A stretch of DNA of 64,000 nucleotides. Source: Auanema rhodensis (taxonomy: Eukaryota > Animalia > Nematoda). Of this stretch, positions 41,001 to 55,900 are shown piece after piece; position 1 is the first letter of the stretch; every line of letters starts with the position of its first letter. The notes below the pieces were generated by a model, which saw only the letters and a program-made list of their open reading frames with translations, had not been told where the DNA came from and searched no databases. The stretch lies in the NCBI GenBank assembly GCA_964057225.1, contig OZ059894.1, positions 19,964,001-20,028,000 on the forward strand, in the 5' to 3' direction. A program made the position numbers and the translations under genes.

Positions 41001-43517
41001 AAAAATTAATTCTTCAGGGTGAAAATCGAGGATATAAGTGTGAACTTATATCAGTTGATATCTCGGTGCATTTTCAAGCTAGCGCAAATCTGATAACACA
41101 GATCGACGCAGCTTAAAAATCCGCATCGAATGCACTATACTACATTGAGAAACGCTTAATACAAAAATTAGTTATGATCGTTTGAAAAATGATGCATTAG
41201 TGTATGTTGAGTTTCCATGTACACTCAACATTGCTTCCAAAAACATTTTGACAAAAATTTTTTCGAAAAATTTCAAAATAATTTAGCAAAAAGTAGATGT
41301 TTTTAGATTCCTTTTTTCAAGGCAAAGACGATGGACAATGTTATTCAACGATAAAATTAATTCTTCAGGGTGAAAATCGAGGATATAAGTGTGAACATAT
41401 ATCAGTTGAAATCTCGGTGCATTTTCAAGCTAGCGCAAATCTGATAACACAGATCGACGCAGCTTAAAAATCCGCATCGAATGCACTATACTACATTGAG
41501 AAACGCTTAATACAAAAATTAGTTATGATCGTTTGAAAAATGATGCATTAGTGTATGTTGAGTTTCCATGTACACTCAACATTGCTTCCAAAAACATTTT
41601 GACAATAATTTTTTCGAAAAATTTCAAAATAAATTAGCAAAAAGTAGATGTTTTTAGATTCCTTTTTTCAAGGCAAAGACGATGGACAATGTTATTCAAC
41701 GAAAAAATTAATTCTTCAGGGTGAAAATCGAGGATATAAGTGTGAACTTATATCAGTTGATATCTCGGTGCATTTTCAAGCTAGCGCAAATCTGATAACA
41801 CAGATCGACGCAGCTTAAAAATCCGCATCGAATGCACTATACTACATTGAGAAACGCTTAATACAAAAATTAGTTATGATCGTTTGAAAAATGATGCATT
41901 AGTGTATGTTGAGTTTCCATGTACACTCAACATTGCTTCCAAAAACATTTTGACAAAAATTTTTTCGAAAAATTTCAAAATAATTTAGCAAAAAGTAGAT
42001 GTTTTTAGATTCCTTTTTTCAAGGCAAAGACGATGGACAATGTTATTCAACGATAAAATTAATTCTTCAGGGTGAAAATCGAGGATATAAGTGTGAACAT
42101 ATATCAGTTGATATCTCGGTGCATTTTCAAGCTAGCGCAAATCTGATAACACAGATCGACGCAGCTTAAAAATCCGCATCGAATGCACTATACTACATTG
42201 AGAAACGCTCAATACAAAAATTAGTTATGATCGTTTGAAAAATGATGCATTAGTGTATGTTGAGTTTCCATGTACACTCAACATTGCTTCCAAAAACATT
42301 TTGACAATAATTTTTTCGAAAAATTTCAAAATAAATTAGCAAAAAGTAGATGTTTTTAGATTCCTTTTTTCAAGGCAAAGACGATGGACAATGTTATTCA
42401 ACGAAAAAATTAATTCTTCAGGGTGAAAATCGAGGATATAAGTGTGAACTTATATCAGTTGATATCTCGGTGCATTTTCAAGCTAGCGCAAATCTGATAA
42501 CACAGATCGACGCAGCTTAAAAATCCGCATCGAATGCACTATACTACATTGAGAAACGCTTAATACAAAAATTAGTTATGATCGTTTGAAAAATGATGCA
42601 TTAGTGTATGTTGAGTTTCCATGTACACTCAACATTGCTTCCAAAAACATTTTGACAAAAATTTTTTCGAAAAATTTCAAAATAATTTAGCAAAAAGTAG
42701 ATGTTTTTAGATTCCTTTTTTCAAGGCAAAGACGATGGACAATGTTATTCAACGATAAAATTAATTCTTCAGGGTGAAAATCGAGGATATAAGTGTGAAC
42801 ATATATCAGTTGATATCTCGGTGCATTTTCAAGCTAGCGCAAATCTGATAACACAGATCGACGCAGCTTAAAAATCCGCATCGAATGCACTATACTACAT
42901 TGAGAAACGCTTAATACAAAAATTAGTTATGATCGTTTGAAAAATGATGCATTAGTGTATGTTGAGTTTCCATGTACACTCAACATTGCTTCCAAAAACA
43001 TTTTGACAAAAATTTTTTCGAAAAATTTCAAAATAATTTAGCAAAAAGTAGATGTTTTTAGATTCCTTTTTTCAAGGCAAAGACGATGGACAATGTTATT
43101 CAACGATAAAATTAATTCTTCAGGGTGAAAATCGAGGATATAAGTGTGAACATATATCAGTTGATATCTCGGTGCATTTTCAAGCTAGCGCAAATCTGAT
43201 AACACAGATCGACGCAGTTTAAAAATCCGCATCGAATGCACTATACTACATTGAGAAACGCTTAATACAAAAATTAGTTATGATCGTTTGAAAAATGATG
43301 CATTAGTGTATGTTGAGTTTCCATGTACACTCAACATTGCTTCCAAAAACATTTTGACAATAATTTTTTCGAAAAATTTCAAAATAAATTAGCAAAAAGT
43401 AGATGTTTTTAGATTCCTTTTTTCAAGGCAAAGACGATGGACAATGTTATTCAACGATAAAATTAATTCTTCAGGGTGAAAATCGAGGATATAAGTGTGA
43501 ACATATATCAGTTGATA
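35095..43517. repeat. Zone of predominantly dimeric (702-bp) alternation of two monomer types
   Basis: The CGATAAAA variant occurs at 35737, 36439, 37141, 37843, then 38896, 39598, then 41352, 42054, 42756 (702-bp steps within each run). It alternates with monomers carrying GACAATAA/AATAAATT. Confidence 0.8.
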
Positions 43518-46500
43518 TCTCGGTGCATTTTCAAGCTAGCGCAAATCTGATAACACAGATCGACGCAGCTTAAAAATCCGCATCGAATGCACTATACTAC
43601 ATTGAGAAACGCTTAATACAAAAATTAGTTATGATCGTTTGAAAAATGATGCATTAGTGTATGTTGAGTTTCCATGTACACTCAACATTGCTTCCAAAAA
43701 CATTTTGACAATAATTTTTTCGAAAAATTTCAAAATAAATTAGCAAAAAGTAGATGTTTTTAGATTCCTTTTTTCAAGGCAAAGACGATGGACAATGTTA
43801 TTCAACGAAAAAATTAATTCTTCAGGGTGAAAATCGAGGATATAAGTGTGAACTTATATCAGTTGATATCTCGGTGCATTTTTAAGCTAGCGCAAATCTG
43901 ATAACACAGATCGACGCAGCTTAAAAATCCGCATCGAATGCACTATACTACATTGAGAAACGCTTAATACAAAAATTAGTTATGATCGTTTGAAAAATGA
44001 TGCATTAGTGTATGTTGAGTTTCCATGTACACTCAACATTGCTTCCAAAAACATTTTGACAATAATTTTTTCGAAAAATTTCAAAATAAATTAGCAAAAA
44101 GTAGATGTTTTCAGATTCCTTTTTTCAAGGCAAAGACGATGGACAATGTTATTCAACGAAAAAATTAATTCTTCAGGGTGAAAATCGAGGATATAAGTGT
44201 GAACTTATATCAGTTGATATCTCGGTGCATTTTCAAGCTAGCGCAAATCTGATAACACAGATCGACGCAGCTTAAAAATCCGCATCGAATGCACTATACT
44301 ACATTGAGAAACGCTTAATACAAAAATTAGTTATGATCGTTTGAAAAATGATGCATTAGTGTATGTTGAGTTTCCATGTACACTCAACATTGCTTCCAAA
44401 AACATTTTGACAAAAATTTTTTCGAAAAATTTCAAAATAATTTAGCAAAAAGTAGATGTTTTTAGATTCCTTTTTTCAAGGCAAAGACGATGGACAATGT
44501 TATTCAACGATAAAATTAATTCTTCAGGGTGAAAATCGAGGATATAAGTGTGAACATATATCAGTTGATATCTCGGTGCATTTTCAAGCTAGCGCAAATC
44601 TGATAACACAGATCGACGCAGCTTAAAAATCCGCATCGAATGCACTATACTACATTGAGAAACGCTTAATACAAAAATTAGTTATGATCGTTTGAAAAAT
44701 GATGCATTAGTGTATGTTGAGTTTCCATGTACACTCAACATTGCTTCCAAAAACATTTTGACAATAATTTTTTCGAAAAATTTCAAAATAAATTAGCAAA
44801 AAGTAGATGTTTTTAGATTCCTTTTTTCAAGGCAAAGACGATGGACAATGTTATTCAACGAAAAAATTAATTCTTCAGGGTGAAAATCGAGGATATAAGT
44901 GTGAACATATATCAGTTGATATCTCGGTGCAATTTCAAGCTAGCGCAAATCTGATAACACAGATCGACGCAGCTTAAAAATCCGCATCGAATGCACTATA
45001 CTACATTGAGAAACGCTTAATACAAAAATTAGTTATGATCGTTTAAAAAATGATGCATTAGTGTATGTTGAGTTTCCATGTACACTCAACATTGCTTCCA
45101 AAAACATTTTGACAATAATTTTTTCGAAAAATTTCAAAATAAATTAGCAAAAAGTAGATGTTTTTAGATTCCTTTTTTCAAGGCAAAGACGATGGACAAT
45201 GTTATTCAACGATAAAATTAATTCTTCAGGGTGAAAATCGAGGATATAAGTGTGAACATATATCAGTTGATATCTCGGTGCATTTTCAAGCTAGCGCAAA
45301 TCTGATAACACAGATCGACGCAGCTTAAAAATCCGCATCGAATGCACTATACTACATTGAGAAACGCTTAATACAAAAATTAGTTATGATCGTTTGAAAA
45401 ATGATGCATTAGTGTATGTTGAGTTTCCATGTACACTCAACATTGCTTCCAAAAACATTTTGACAATAATTTTTTCGAAAAATTTCAAAATAAATTAGCA
45501 AAAAGTAGATGTTTTTAGATTCCTTTTTTCAAGGCAAAGACGATGGACAATGTTATTCAACGATAAAATTAATTCTTCAGGGTGAAAATCGAGGATATAA
45601 GTGTGAACATATATCAGTTGATATCTCGGTGCATTTTCAAGCTAGCGCAAATCTGATAACACAGATCGACGCAGCTTAAAAATCCGCATCGAATGCACTA
45701 TACTACATTGAGAAACGCTTAATACAAAAATTAGTTATGATCGTTTGAAAAATGATGCATTAGTGTATGTTGAGTTTCCATGTACACTCAACATTGCTTC
45801 CAAAAACATTTTGACAATAATTTTTTCGAAAAATTTCAAAATAAATTAGCAAAAAGTAGATGTTTTTAGATTCCTTTTTTCAAGGCAAAGACGATGGACA
45901 ATGTTATTCAACGAAAAAATTAATTCTTCAGGGTGAAAATCGAGGATATAAGTGTGAACATATATCAGTTGATATCTCGGTGCATTTTCAAGCTGGCGCA
46001 AATCTGATAACACAGATCGACGCAGCTTAAAAATCCGCATCGAATGCACTATACTACATTGAGAAACGCTTAATACAAAAATTAGTTATGATCGTTTGAA
46101 AAATGATGCATTAGTGTATGTTGAGTTTCCATGTACACTCAACATTGCTTCCAAAAACATTTTGACAAAAATTTTTTCGAAAAATTTCAAAATAATTTAG
46201 CAAAAAGTAGATGTTTTTAGATTCCTTTTTTCAAGGCAAAGACGATGGACAATGTTATTCAACGATAAAATTGATTCTTCAGGGTGAAAATCGAGGATAT
46301 AAGTGTGAACATATATCAGTTGATATCTCGGTGCATTTTCAAGCTAGCGCAAATCTGATAACACAGATCGACGCAGCTTAAAAATCCGCATCGAATGCAC
46401 TATACTACATTGAGAAACGCTTAATACAAAAATTAGTTATGATCGTTTGAAAAATGATGCATTAGTGTATGTTGAGTTTCCATGTACACTCAACATTGCT

Positions 46501-48080
46501 TCCAAAAACATTTTGACAATAATTTTTTCGAAAAATTTCAAAATAAATTAGCAAAAAGTAGATGTTTTTAGATTCCTTTTTTCAAGGCAAAGACGATGGA
46601 CAATGTTATTCAACGAAAAAATTAATTCTTCAGGTTGAAAATCGAGGATATAAGTGTGAACTTATATCAGTTGATATCTCGGTGCATTTTCAAGCTAGCG
46701 CGAATCTGATAACACAGATCGACGCAGCTTAAAAATCCGCATCGAATGCACTATACTACATTGAGAAACGCTTAATACAAAAATTAGTTATGATCGTTTG
46801 AAAAATGATGCATTAGTGTATGTTGAGTTTCCATGTACACTCAACATTGCTTCCAAAAACATTTTGACAAAAATTTTTTCGAAAAATTTCAAAATAATTT
46901 AGCAAAAAGTAGATGTTTTTAGATTCCTTTTTTCAAGGCAAAGACGATGGACAATGTTATTCAACGATAAAATTAATTCTTCAGGGTGAAAATCGAGGAT
47001 ATAAGTGTGAACATATATCAGTTGATATCTCGGTGCATTTTCAAGCTAGCGCGAATCTGATAACACAGATCGACGCAGCTTAAAAATCCGCATCGAATGC
47101 ACTATACTACATTGAGAAACGCTTAATACAAAAATTAGTTATGATCGTTTGAAAAATGATGCATTAGTGTATGTTGAGTTTCCATGTACACTCAACATTG
47201 CTTCCAAAAACATTTTGACAAAAATTTTTTCGAAAAATTTCAAAATAATTTAGCAAAAAGTAGATGTTTTTAGATTCCTTTTTTCAAGGCAAAGACGATG
47301 GACAATGTTATTCAACGATAAAATTAATTCTTCAGGGTGAAAATCGAGGATATAAGTGTGAACATATATCAGTTGATATCTCGGTGCATTTTCAAGCTAG
47401 CGCAAATCTGATAACACAGATCGACGCAGCTTAAAAATCCGCATCGAATGCACTATACTACATTGAGAAACGCTTAATACAAAAATTAGTTATGATCGTT
47501 TGAAAAATGATGCATTAGTGTATGTTGAGTTTCCATGTACACTCAACATTGCTTCCAAAAACATTTTGACAATAATTTTTTCGAAAAATTTCAAAATAAA
47601 TTAGCAAAAAGTAGATGTTTTTAGATTCCTTTTTTCAAGGCAAAGACGATGGACAATGTTATTCAACGAAAAAATTAATTCTTCAGGTTGAAAATCGAGG
47701 ATATAAGTGTGAACTTATATCAGTTGATATCTCGGTGCATTTTCAAGCTAGCGCGAATCTGATAACACAGATCGACGCAGCTTAAAAATCCGCATCGAAT
47801 GCACTATACTACATTGAGAAACGCTTAATACAAAAATTAGTTATGATCGTTTGAAAAATGATGCATTAGTGTATGTTGAGTTTCCATGTACACTCAACAT
47901 TGCTTCCAAAAACATTTTGACAAAAATTTTTTCAAAAAATTTCAAAATAAATTAGCAAAAAATAGATGTTTTTAGATTCCTTTTTTCAAGGCAAAGACGA
48001 TGGACAATGTTATTCAACGAAAAAATTAATTCTTCAGGGTGAAAATCGAGGATATAAGTGTGAACTTATATCAGTTGATA

Positions 48081-51000
48081 TCTCGGTGTATTTTTAAGCT
48101 AGCGCAAATCTGATAACACAGATCGACGCAGCTTAAAAATCCGCATCGAATGCACTACACTACATTGAGAAACGCTTAATACAAAAATTAGTTATGATCG
48201 TTTGAAAAATGATGCATTAGTGTATGTTGAGTTTCCATGTACACTCAACATTGCTTCCAAAAACATTTTGACAATAATTTTTTCGAAAAATTTCAAAATA
48301 AATTAGCAAAAAGTAGATGTTTTTAGATTCCTTTTTTCAAGGCAAAGACGATGGACAATGTTATTCAACGAAAAAATTAATTCTTCAGGTTGAAAATCGA
48401 GGATATAAGTGTGAACTTATATCAGTTGATATCTCGGTGCATTTTCAAGCTAGCGCGAATCTGATAACACAGATCGACGCAGCTTAAAAATCCGCATCGA
48501 ATGCACTATACTACATTGAGAAACGCTTAATACAAAAATTAGTTATGATCGTTTGAAAAATGATGCATTAGTGTATGTTGAGTTTCCATGTACACTCAAC
48601 ATTGCTTCCAAAAACATTTTGACAAAAATTTTTTCGAAAAATTTCAAAATAATTTAGCAAAAAGTAGATGTTTTTAGATTCCTTTTTTCAAGGCAAAGAC
48701 GATGGACAATGTTTTTCAACGATAAAATTAATTCTTCAGGGTGAAAATCGAGGATATAAGTGTGAACATATATCAGTTGATATCTCGGTGCATTTTCAAG
48801 CTAGCGCAAATCTGATAACACAGATCGACGCAGTTTAAAAATCCGCATCGAATGCACTATACTACATTGAGAAACGCTTAATACAAAAATTAGTTATGAT
48901 CGTTTGAAAAATGATGCATTAGTGTATGTTGAGTTTCCATGTACACTCAACATTGCTTCCAAAAACATTTTGACAAAAATTTTTTCGAAAAATTTCAAAA
49001 TAATTTAGCAAAAAGTAGATGTTTTTAGATTCCTTTTTTCAAGGCAAAGACGATGGACAATGTTATTCAACGATAAAATTAATTCTTCAGGGTGAAAATC
49101 GAGGATATAAGTGTGAACATATATCAGTTGATATCTCGGTGCATTTTCAAGCTAGCGCAAATCTGATAACACAGATCGACGCAGCTTAAAAGTCCGCATC
49201 GAATGCGCTATACTACATTGAGAAACGCTTAATACAAAAATTAGTTATGATCGTTTGAAAAATGATGCATTAGTGTATGTTGAGTTTCCATGTACACTCA
49301 ACATTGCTTCCAAAAACATTTTGACAATAATTTTTTCGAAAAATTTCAAAATAATTTAGCAAAAAGTAGATGTTTTTAGATTCCTTTTTTCAAGGCAAAG
49401 ACGATGGACAATGTTTTTCAACGATAAAATTAATTCTTCAGGGTGAAAATCGAGGATATAAGTGTGAACATATATCAGTTGATATCTCGGTGCATTTTCA
49501 AGCTAGCGCAAATCTGATAACACAGATCGACGCAGTTTAAAAATCCGCATCGAATGCACTATACTACATTGAGAAACGCTTAATACAAAAATTAGTTATG
49601 ATCGTTTGAAAAATGATGCATTAGTGTATGTTGAGTTTCCATGTACACTCAACATTGCTTCCAAAAACATTTTGACAAAAATTTTTTCGAAAAATTTCAA
49701 AATAATTTAGCAAAAAGTAGATGTTTTTAGATTCCTTTTTTCAAGGCAAAGACGATGGACAATGTTATTCAACGATAAAATTAATTCTTCAGGGTGAAAA
49801 TCGAGGATATAAGTGTGAACATATATCAGTTGATATCTCGGTGCATTTTCAAGCTAGCGCAAATCTGATAACACAGATCGACGCAGCTTAAAAGTCCGCA
49901 TCGAATGCGCTATACTACATTGAGAAACGCTTAATACAAAAATTAGTTATGATCGTTTGAAAAATGATGCATTAGTGTATGTTGAGTTTCCATGTACACT
50001 CAACATTGCTTCCAAAAACATTTTGACAATAATTTTTTCGAAAAATTTCAAAATAAATTAGCAAAAAGTAGATGTTTTTAGATTCCTTTTTTCAAGGCAA
50101 AGACGATGGACAATGTTATTCAACGAAAAAATTAATTCTTCAGGTTGAAAATCGAGGATATAAGTGTGAACTTATATCAGTTGATATCTCGGTGCATTTT
50201 CAAGCTAGCGCGAATCTGATAACACAGATCGACGCAGCTTAAAAATCCGCATCGAATGCACTATACTACATTGAGAAACGCTTAATACAAAAATTAGTTA
50301 TGATCGTTTGAAAAATGATGCATTAGTGTATGTTGAGTTTCCATGTACACTCAACATTGCTTCCAAAAACATTTTGACAAAAATTTTTTCAAAAAATTTC
50401 AAAATAAATTAGCAAAAAGTAGATGTTTTTAGATTCCTTTTTTCAAGGCAAAGACGATGGACAATGTTATTCAACGAAAAAATTAATTCTTCAGGGTGAA
50501 AATCGAGGATATAAGTGTGAACTTATATCAGTTGATATCTCGGTGTATTTTTAAGCTAGCGCAAATCTGATAACACAGATCGACGCAGCTTAAAAATCCG
50601 CATCGAATGCACTACACTACATTGAGAAACGCTTAATACAAAAATTAGTTATGATCGTTTGAAAAATGATGCATTAGTGTATGTTGAGTTTCCATGTACA
50701 CTCAACATTGCTTCCAAAAACATTTTGACAATAATTTTTTCGAAAAATTTCAAAATAAATTAGCAAAAAGTAGATGTTTTTAGATTCCTTTTTTCAAGGC
50801 AAAGACGATGGACAATGTTATTCAACGAAAAAATTAATTCTTCAGGTTGAAAATCGAGGATATAAGTGTGAACTTATATCAGTTGATATCTCGGTGCATT
50901 TTCAAGCTAGCGCGAATCTGATAACACAGATCGACGCAGCTTAAAAATCCGCATCGAATGCACTATACTACATTGAGAAACGCTTAATACAAAAATTAGT

Positions 51001-52994
51001 TATGATCGTTTGAAAAATGATGCATTAGTGTATGTTGAGTTTCCATGTACACTCAACATTGCTTCCAAAAACATTTTGACAAAAATTTTTTCGAAAAATT
51101 TCAAAATAATTTAGCAAAAAGTAGATGTTTTTAGATTCCTTTTTTCAAGGCAAAGACGATGGACAATGTTTTTCAACGATAAAATTAATTCTTCAGGGTG
51201 AAAATCGAGGATATAAGTGTGAACATATATCAGTTGATATCTCGGTGCATTTTCAAGCTAGCGCAAATCTGATAACACAGATCGACGCAGTTTAAAAATC
51301 CGCATCGAATGCACTATACTACATTGAGAAACGCTTAATACAAAAATTAGTTATGATCGTTTGAAAAATGATGCATTAGTGTATGTTGAGTTTCCATGTA
51401 CACTCAACATTGCTTCCAAAAACATTTTGACAAAAATTTTTTCGAAAAATTTCAAAATAATTTAGCAAAAAGTAGATGTTTTTAGATTCCTTTTTTCAAG
51501 GCAAAGACGATGGACAATGTTATTCAACGATAAAATTAATTCTTCAGGGTGAAAATCGAGGATATAAGTGTGAACATATATCAGTTGATATCTCGGTGCA
51601 TTTTCAAGCTAGCGCAAATCTGATAACACAGATCGACGCAGCTTAAAAGTCCGCATCGAATGCGCTATACTACATTGAGAAACGCTTAATACAAAAATTA
51701 GTTATGATCGTTTGAAAAATGATGCATTAGTGTATGTTGAGTTTCCATGTACACTCAACATTGCTTCCAAAAACATTTTGACAATAATTTTTTCGAAAAA
51801 TTTCAAAATAATTTAGCAAAAAGTAGATGTTTTTAGATTCCTTTTTTCAAGGCAAAGACGATGGACAATGTTTTTCAACGATAAAATTAATTCTTCAGGG
51901 TGAAAATCGAGGATATAAGTGTGAACATATATCAGTTGATATCTCGGTGCATTTTCAAGCTAGCGCAAATCTGATAACACAGATCGACGCAGTTTAAAAA
52001 TCCGCATCGAATGCACTATACTACATTGAGAAACGCTTAATACAAAAATTAGTTATGATCGTTTGAAAAATGATGCATTAGTGTATGTTGAGTTTCCATG
52101 TACACTCAACATTGCTTCCAAAAACATTTTGACAAAAATTTTTTCGAAAAATTTCAAAATAATTTAGCAAAAAGTAGATGTTTTTAGATTCCTTTTTTCA
52201 AGGCAAAGACGATGGACAATGTTATTCAACGATAAAATTAATTCTTCAGGGTGAAAATCGAGGATATAAGTGTGAACATATATCAGTTGATATCTCGGTG
52301 CATTTTCAAGCTAGCGCAAATCTGATAACACAGATCGACGCAGCTTAAAAGTCCGCATCGAATGCGCTATACTACATTGAGAAACGCTTAATACAAAAAT
52401 TAGTTATGATCGTTTGAAAAATGATGCATTAGTGTATGTTGAGTTTCCATGTACACTCAACATTGCTTCCAAAAACATTTTGACAATAATTTTTTCGAAA
52501 AATTTCAAAATAAATTAGCAAAAAGTAGATGTTTTTAGATTCCTTTTTTCAAGGCAAAGACGATGGACAATGTTATTCAACGAAAAAATTAATTCTTCAG
52601 GTTGAAAATCGAGGATATAAGTGTGAACTTATATCAGTTGATATCTCGGTGCATTTTCAAGCTAGCGCGAATCTGATAACACAGATCGACGCAGCTTAAA
52701 AATCCGCATCGAATGCACTATACTACATTGAGAAACGCTTAATACAAAAATTAGTTATGATCGTTTGAAAAATGATGCATTAGTGTATGTTGAGTTTCCA
52801 TGTACACTCAACATTGCTTCCAAAAACATTTTGACAAAAATTTTTTCAAAAAATTTCAAAATAAATTAGCAAAAAGTAGATGTTTTTAGATTCCTTTTTT
52901 CAAGGCAAAGACGATGGACAATGTTATTCAACGAAAAAATTAATTCTTCAGGGTGAAAATCGAGGATATAAGTGTGAACTTATATCAGTTGATA
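48081..52994. repeat. 7-monomer higher-order repeat (2457 bp x2, with a partial third copy following)
   Basis: C9T (GGTGTATT) at 48089, 50546, 53003. A59G (AAAGTCCG) at 49192/51649 and 49894/52351. GTTTTTCAAC at 48714/51171 and 49416/51873. Confidence 0.9.
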
Positions 52995-55900
52995 TCTCGG
53001 TGTATTTTTAAGCTAGCGCAAATCTGATAACACAGATCGACGCAGCTTAAAAATCCGCATCGAATGCACTACACTACATTGAGAAACGCTTAATACAAAA
53101 ATTAGTTATGATCGTTTGAAAAATGATGCATTAGTGTATGTTGAGTTTCCATGTACACTCAACATTGCTTCCAAAAACATTTTGACAATAATTTTTTCGA
53201 AAAATTTCAAAATAAATTAGCAAAAAGTAGATGTTTTTAGATTCCTTTTTTCAAGGCAAAGACGATGGACAATGTTATTCAACGAAAAAATTAATTCTTC
53301 AGGTTGAAAATCGAGGATATAAGTGTGAACTTATATCAGTTGATATCTCGGTGCATTTTCAAGCTAGCGCGAATCTGATAACACAGATCGACGCAGCTTA
53401 AAAATCCGCATCGAATGCACTATACTACATTGAGAAACGCTTAATACAAAAATTAGTTATGATCGTTTGAAAAATGATGCATTAGTGTATGTTGAGTTTC
53501 CATGTACACTCAACATTGCTTCCAAAAACATTTTGACAAAAATTTTTTCGAAAAATTTCAAAATAATTTAGCAAAAAGTAGATGTTTTTAGATTCCTTTT
53601 TTCAAGGCAAAGACGATGGACAATGTTATTCAACGAAAAAATTAATTCTTCAGGGTGAAAATCGAGGATATAAGTGTGAACATATATCAGTTGATATCTC
53701 GGTGCATTTTCAAGCTAGCGCAAATCTGATAACACAGATCGACGCAGCTTAAAAATCCGCATCGAATGCACTATACTACATTGAGAAACGCTTAATACAA
53801 AAATTAGTTATGATCGTTTGAAAAATGATGCATTAGTGTATGTTGAGTTTCCATGTACACTCAACATTGCTTCCAAAAACATTTTGACAAAAATTTTTTC
53901 GAAAAATTTCAAAATAATTTAGCAAAAAGTAGATGTTTTTAGATTCCTTTTTTCAAGGCAAAGACGATGGACAATGTTATTCAACGATAAAATTAATTCT
54001 TCAGGGTGAAAATCGAGGATATAAGTGTGAACTTATATCAGTTGATATCTCGGTGCATTTTTAAGCTAGCGCAAATCTGATAACACAGATCGACGCAGCT
54101 TAAAAATCCGCATCGAATGCACTACACTACATTGAGAAACGCTTAATACAAAAATTAGTTATGATCGTTTGAAAAATGATGCATTAGTGTATGTTGAGTT
54201 TCCATATACACTCAACATTGCTTCCAAAAACATTTTGACAATAATTTTTTCGAAAAATTTCAAAATAAATTAGCAAAAAGTAGATGTTTTTAGATTCCTT
54301 TTTTCAAGGCAAAGACGATGGACAATGTTATTCAACGAAAAAATTAATTCTTCAGGTTGAAAATCGAGGATATAAGTGTGAACTTATATCAGTTGATATC
54401 TCGGTGCATTTTCAAGCTAGCGCGAATCTGATAACACAGATCGACGCAGCTTAAAAATCCGCATCGAATGCACTATACTACATTGAGAAACGCTTAATAC
54501 AAAAATTAGTTATGATCGTTTGAAAAATGATGCATTAGTGTATGTTGAGTTTCCATGTACACTCAACATTGCTTCCAAAAACATTTTGACAAAAATTTTT
54601 TCGAAAAATTTCAAAATAATTTAGCAAAAAGTAGATGTTTTTAGATTCCTTTTTTCAAGGCAAAGACGATGGACAATGTTATTCAACGATAAAATTAATT
54701 CTTCAGGGTGAAAATCGAGGATATAAGTGTGAACTTATATCAGTTGATATCTCGGTGCATTTTTAAGCTAGCGCAAATCTGATAACACAGATCGACGCAG
54801 CTTTAAAATCCGCATCGAATGCACTATACTACATTGAGAAACGCTTAATACAAAAATTAGTTATGATCGTTTGAAAAATGATGCATTAGTGTATGTTGAG
54901 TTTCCATGTACACTCAACATTGCTTCCAAAAACATTTTGACAAAAATTTTTTCGAAAAATTTCAAAATAAATTAGCAAAAAGTAGATGTTTTTAGATTCC
55001 TTTTTTCAAGGCAAAGACGATGGACAATGTTATTCAACGAAAAAATTAATTCTTCAGGGTGAAAATCGAGGATATAAGTGTGAACTTATATCAGTTGATA
55101 TCTCGGTGCATTTTTAAGCTAGCGCAAATCTGATAACACAGATCGACGCAGCTTAAAAATCCGCATCGAATGCAGTATACTACATTGAGAAACGCTTAAT
55201 ACAAAAATTAGTTATGATCGTTTGAAAAATGATGCATTAGTGTATGTTGAGTTTCCATGTACACTCAACATTGCTTCCAAAAACATTTTGACAAAAATTT
55301 TTTCGAAAAATTTCAAAATAATTTAGCAAAAAGTAGATGTTTTTAGATTCCTTTTTTCAAGGCAAAGACGATGGACAATGTTATTCAACGAAAAAATTAA
55401 TTCTTCAGGGTGAAAATCGAGGATATAAGTGTGAACTTATATCAGTTGATATCTCGGTGCATTTTCAAGCTAGCGCAAATCTGATAACACAGATCGACGC
55501 AGCTTAAAAATCCGCATCGAATGCACTATACTACATTGAGAAACGCTTAATACAAAAATTAGTTATGATCGTTTGAAAAATGATGCATTAGTGTATGTTG
55601 AGTTTCCATGTACACTCAACATTGCTTCCAAAAACATTTTGACAATAATTTTTTCGAAAAATTTCAAAATAAATTAGCAAAAAGTAGATGTTTTTAGATT
55701 CCTTTTTTCAAGGCAAAGACGATGGACAATGTTATTCAACGAAAAAATTAATTCTTCAGGGTGAAAATCGAGGATATAAGTGTGAACTTATATCAGTTGA
55801 TATCTCGGTGCATTTTTAAGCTAGCGCAAATCTGATAACACAGATCGACGCAGCTTAAAAATCCGCATCGAATGCACTATACTACATTGAGAAACGCTTA

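Noticed and set aside
45846-46049. 67-aa minus-strand ORF
   Set aside because: It depends on a singleton A>G at 45995 that removes a stop. The frame is closed in the other monomers.
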